The notes under the pieces are model-generated. The model worked only from the letters and a program-made list of their open reading frames with translations. It searched no databases and had not been told where the DNA came from. DNA of 64,000 nucleotides from Sheuella sp. (GTDB lineage Bacteria; Pseudomonadota; Gammaproteobacteria; Burkholderiales; Burkholderiaceae_B), in the NCBI GenBank assembly GCA_030650995.1, contig JAUSCY010000015.1:3951-67950 (forward strand), in the 5' to 3' direction. This document shows, piece by piece, positions 62,446 to 64,000 of this stretch. The first letter of the stretch is position 1; every line of letters starts with the position of its first letter. The translations under genes and the position numbers were made by a program.

Positions 62446-63436
62446 ACGTGCTCATGCCGTTGACTAGCGGATACTTTTTATCTGTCTCTTCGATTTTGAT
62501 GATGACTGGCAGTCGCTGGGGCAACAGCAACCATTTGTTTTCCGTGGCAACATACGGGGCACCAGACATCGGCGTATTCATCTGCCGGGATACTCCAAAT
62601 GGATTGGCTACAACCACACCTTTGAAACTTTTATGCCCCAGATAAATTCTGGGGTAGATCGTTACTTTATCGCCAGCCTTGACACCCGCGAGCTCAGTCT
62701 CTTCGTAGTTGGCCTGAATATATGTTTCCCCAGCATTGATCAAAGTAAACATACCGCTCGCGGGAGAAACGTGCGCACCGATACCCAGAAATACATTTTC
62801 GATGGTGCCATCAACGGGAGCCGTGACCGTTGTGTGCTTGAGTGAAGTCTCAGCGGTCTGCATAGCCGCCTTTAATGACTGCACTTGCTTTTCTTGCATA
62901 CCTGCCTGGAGTTTATCGATCTCGATCTGTACTTTGGAAGACTCGACCTGATTCGTCTGCGCCTTAATCTTGTTTCTCAGATCCGACATGTCTATCTGTG
63001 TCACACCGGGTCTGACGCCAGGATGATCTTTTGCCTTGTACTGTGTCTTGAGTGTGTCGAGACTAGCCATCGCCGCTTGAAGTGCGTGCTCTGAGACCTC
63101 TATCTTCTTTTTGGATACAGCAAGCGATAGCAAGGCCTGTTCATATTGCGCGGTTGCCGCCTGAAGACTTTGTTCATAACTAGTCGGATCAAGTGTAACC
63201 AAGGGGTCACCGGCCTTGACCAGTTGACCGTTTTTGATATGCACCTCCTTGACTACACCTGATACACGTGGTGCCAGAGGGGTAGAAACTTGCACAACAA
63301 AACCGTTATCGGTGAACTGCATCACACCAAGCAGAAAGTAGCCCAGAGTAACAATCCCACCAATAAAAAACATGATGGTAGTGAACTTGGGCTTTTGCGC
63401 CAGCGCTTGCTTGACGTTAATTTTTGGTGTTGTCAC
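62426..63436 (-). CDS. HlyD-family membrane fusion protein (AaeA/EmrA-like)
   Basis: 336 aa with an N-terminal TM anchor, the lipoyl-like V.G.V.EV.V.NGQ.VKAGDPL..LD, a coiled-coil hairpin and a beta-barrel domain. Confidence 0.8.
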   Translation of the reverse strand: MTTPKINVKQALAQKPKFTTIMFFIGGIVTLGYFLLGVMQFTDNGFVVQVSTPLAPRVSGVVKEVHIKNGQLVKAGDPLVTLDPTSYEQSLQAATAQYEQALLSLAVSKKKIEVSEHALQAAMASLDTLKTQYKAKDHPGVRPGVTQIDMSDLRNKIKAQTNQVESSKVQIEIDKLQAGMQEKQVQSLKAAMQTAETSLKHTTVTAPVDGTIENVFLGIGAHVSPASGMFTLINAGETYIQANYEETELAGVKAGDKVTIYPRIYLGHKSFKGVVVANPFGVSRQMNTPMSGAPYVATENKWLLLPQRLPVIIKIEETDKKYPLVNGMSTYVRLHN

Positions 63437-64000
63437 TATCGATACCTACGATTGATTGATCTTTTAGGCTGTAATTTTTTAGATTGTAGGTAGCCCCGCC
63501 ACCCATACTTTGATACAACTTTGTGAGCGAGGTAATCGTTTGAAGCTTTGCTTGAACGATTGCCATATTCGCTTGGTCAAATTGTCCGACACTTTGCAGG
63601 TACTGTGTCCCAGAAAGCAAACCACTTTTAAACATGGCTTGGTAGGTAGCTAAATTCTTTCTGGAATTCGCTACGATTTGTTCTTCTTTAATTAAGGTAG
63701 TCTGTTTAGTGACAAAGTCTGCCAAGGCATTGTCTACCTCTTTAATCGCATTATCGACAACATTCATGTAATTAATGACTGCTCTGTCATATTGCTTATT
63801 GGACGAACTAATTTGTCCGATAACCTGAGGATTCAAGGTCCAGGTGGCAAGCCCCATCTGCAGAGTCTCATTCAGAGTATCTCTTGAGCCATCGGCCTTC
63901 GCCCAGGCGGTAATTGACGCCGTAGCCAGCGTAGGTGTTGGAACAAGCGAACTTGCTGTCGCGGAGATGTCGTAATCCGCAGCTTGTATTTTCGCTCTGG
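63417..64000 (-). CDS. Outer-membrane efflux factor (TolC/NodT family), partial: N-terminus beyond the window end
   Basis: My translation shows the frame of ORF 63417..63857 stays open to position 64000 (..RAKIQAADYDISATASSLVPTPTLATASITAWAKADGSRDTLNETLQMGLATW..). The C-terminal helical repeats and LYQSMGGG are typical of OMF proteins. Confidence 0.7.
   Translation of the reverse strand, partial: RAKIQAADYDISATASSLVPTPTLATASITAWAKADGSRDTLNETLQMGLATWTLNPQVIGQISSSNKQYDRAVINYMNVVDNAIKEVDNALADFVTKQTTLIKEEQIVANSRKNLATYQAMFKSGLLSGTQYLQSVGQFDQANMAIVQAKLQTITSLTKLYQSMGGGATYNLKNYSLKDQSIVGIDSDNTKN

Overview
The window reads as chromosomal core from a betaproteobacterium (Burkholderiales-like gene order, roughly 50-53% GC by eye). 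It is densely packed with housekeeping genes. These include fba (partial); an NitT/TauT-type ABC operon; cbpA-cbpM; tkt-gap-pgk; maeB; ubiD; a yqjD-yqjE-yqjK-like cluster; dacB; queA-tgt-yajC-secD-secF; miaB-phoH-ybeY-corC-lnt; a tRNA Ala-Glu-Asp cluster; and a sigma-54/NtrC-controlled porin-glnK-amtB operon. A run of stress, transport and envelope genes follows. I found no rRNA, CRISPR array, transposase, integrase, prophage or recognisable defence system, and I cannot point to a convincing new multi-gene system. The most unusual stretches are two compositionally atypical low-GC segments. The first (about 50.7-54.4 kb) carries tandem LuxR-type regulators, one with a receiver domain lacking the phospho-acceptor residues and one truncated, plus an MFS transporter and a DUF4239-like protein. 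The second (about 60.3 kb to the window end) carries a small tail-anchored coiled-coil protein and an OMF-HlyD efflux operon whose FUSC component is split into two half-size overlapping genes. Smaller oddities include a SYLF-domain/beta-barrel gene pair, a fumC-MIP channel operon, an orphan barstar, a Bug binding protein coupled to a MetE-like enzyme, and several perfect palindromes in promoter regions. All homology calls come from by-eye motif recognition on the supplied translations and were not checked by database search.
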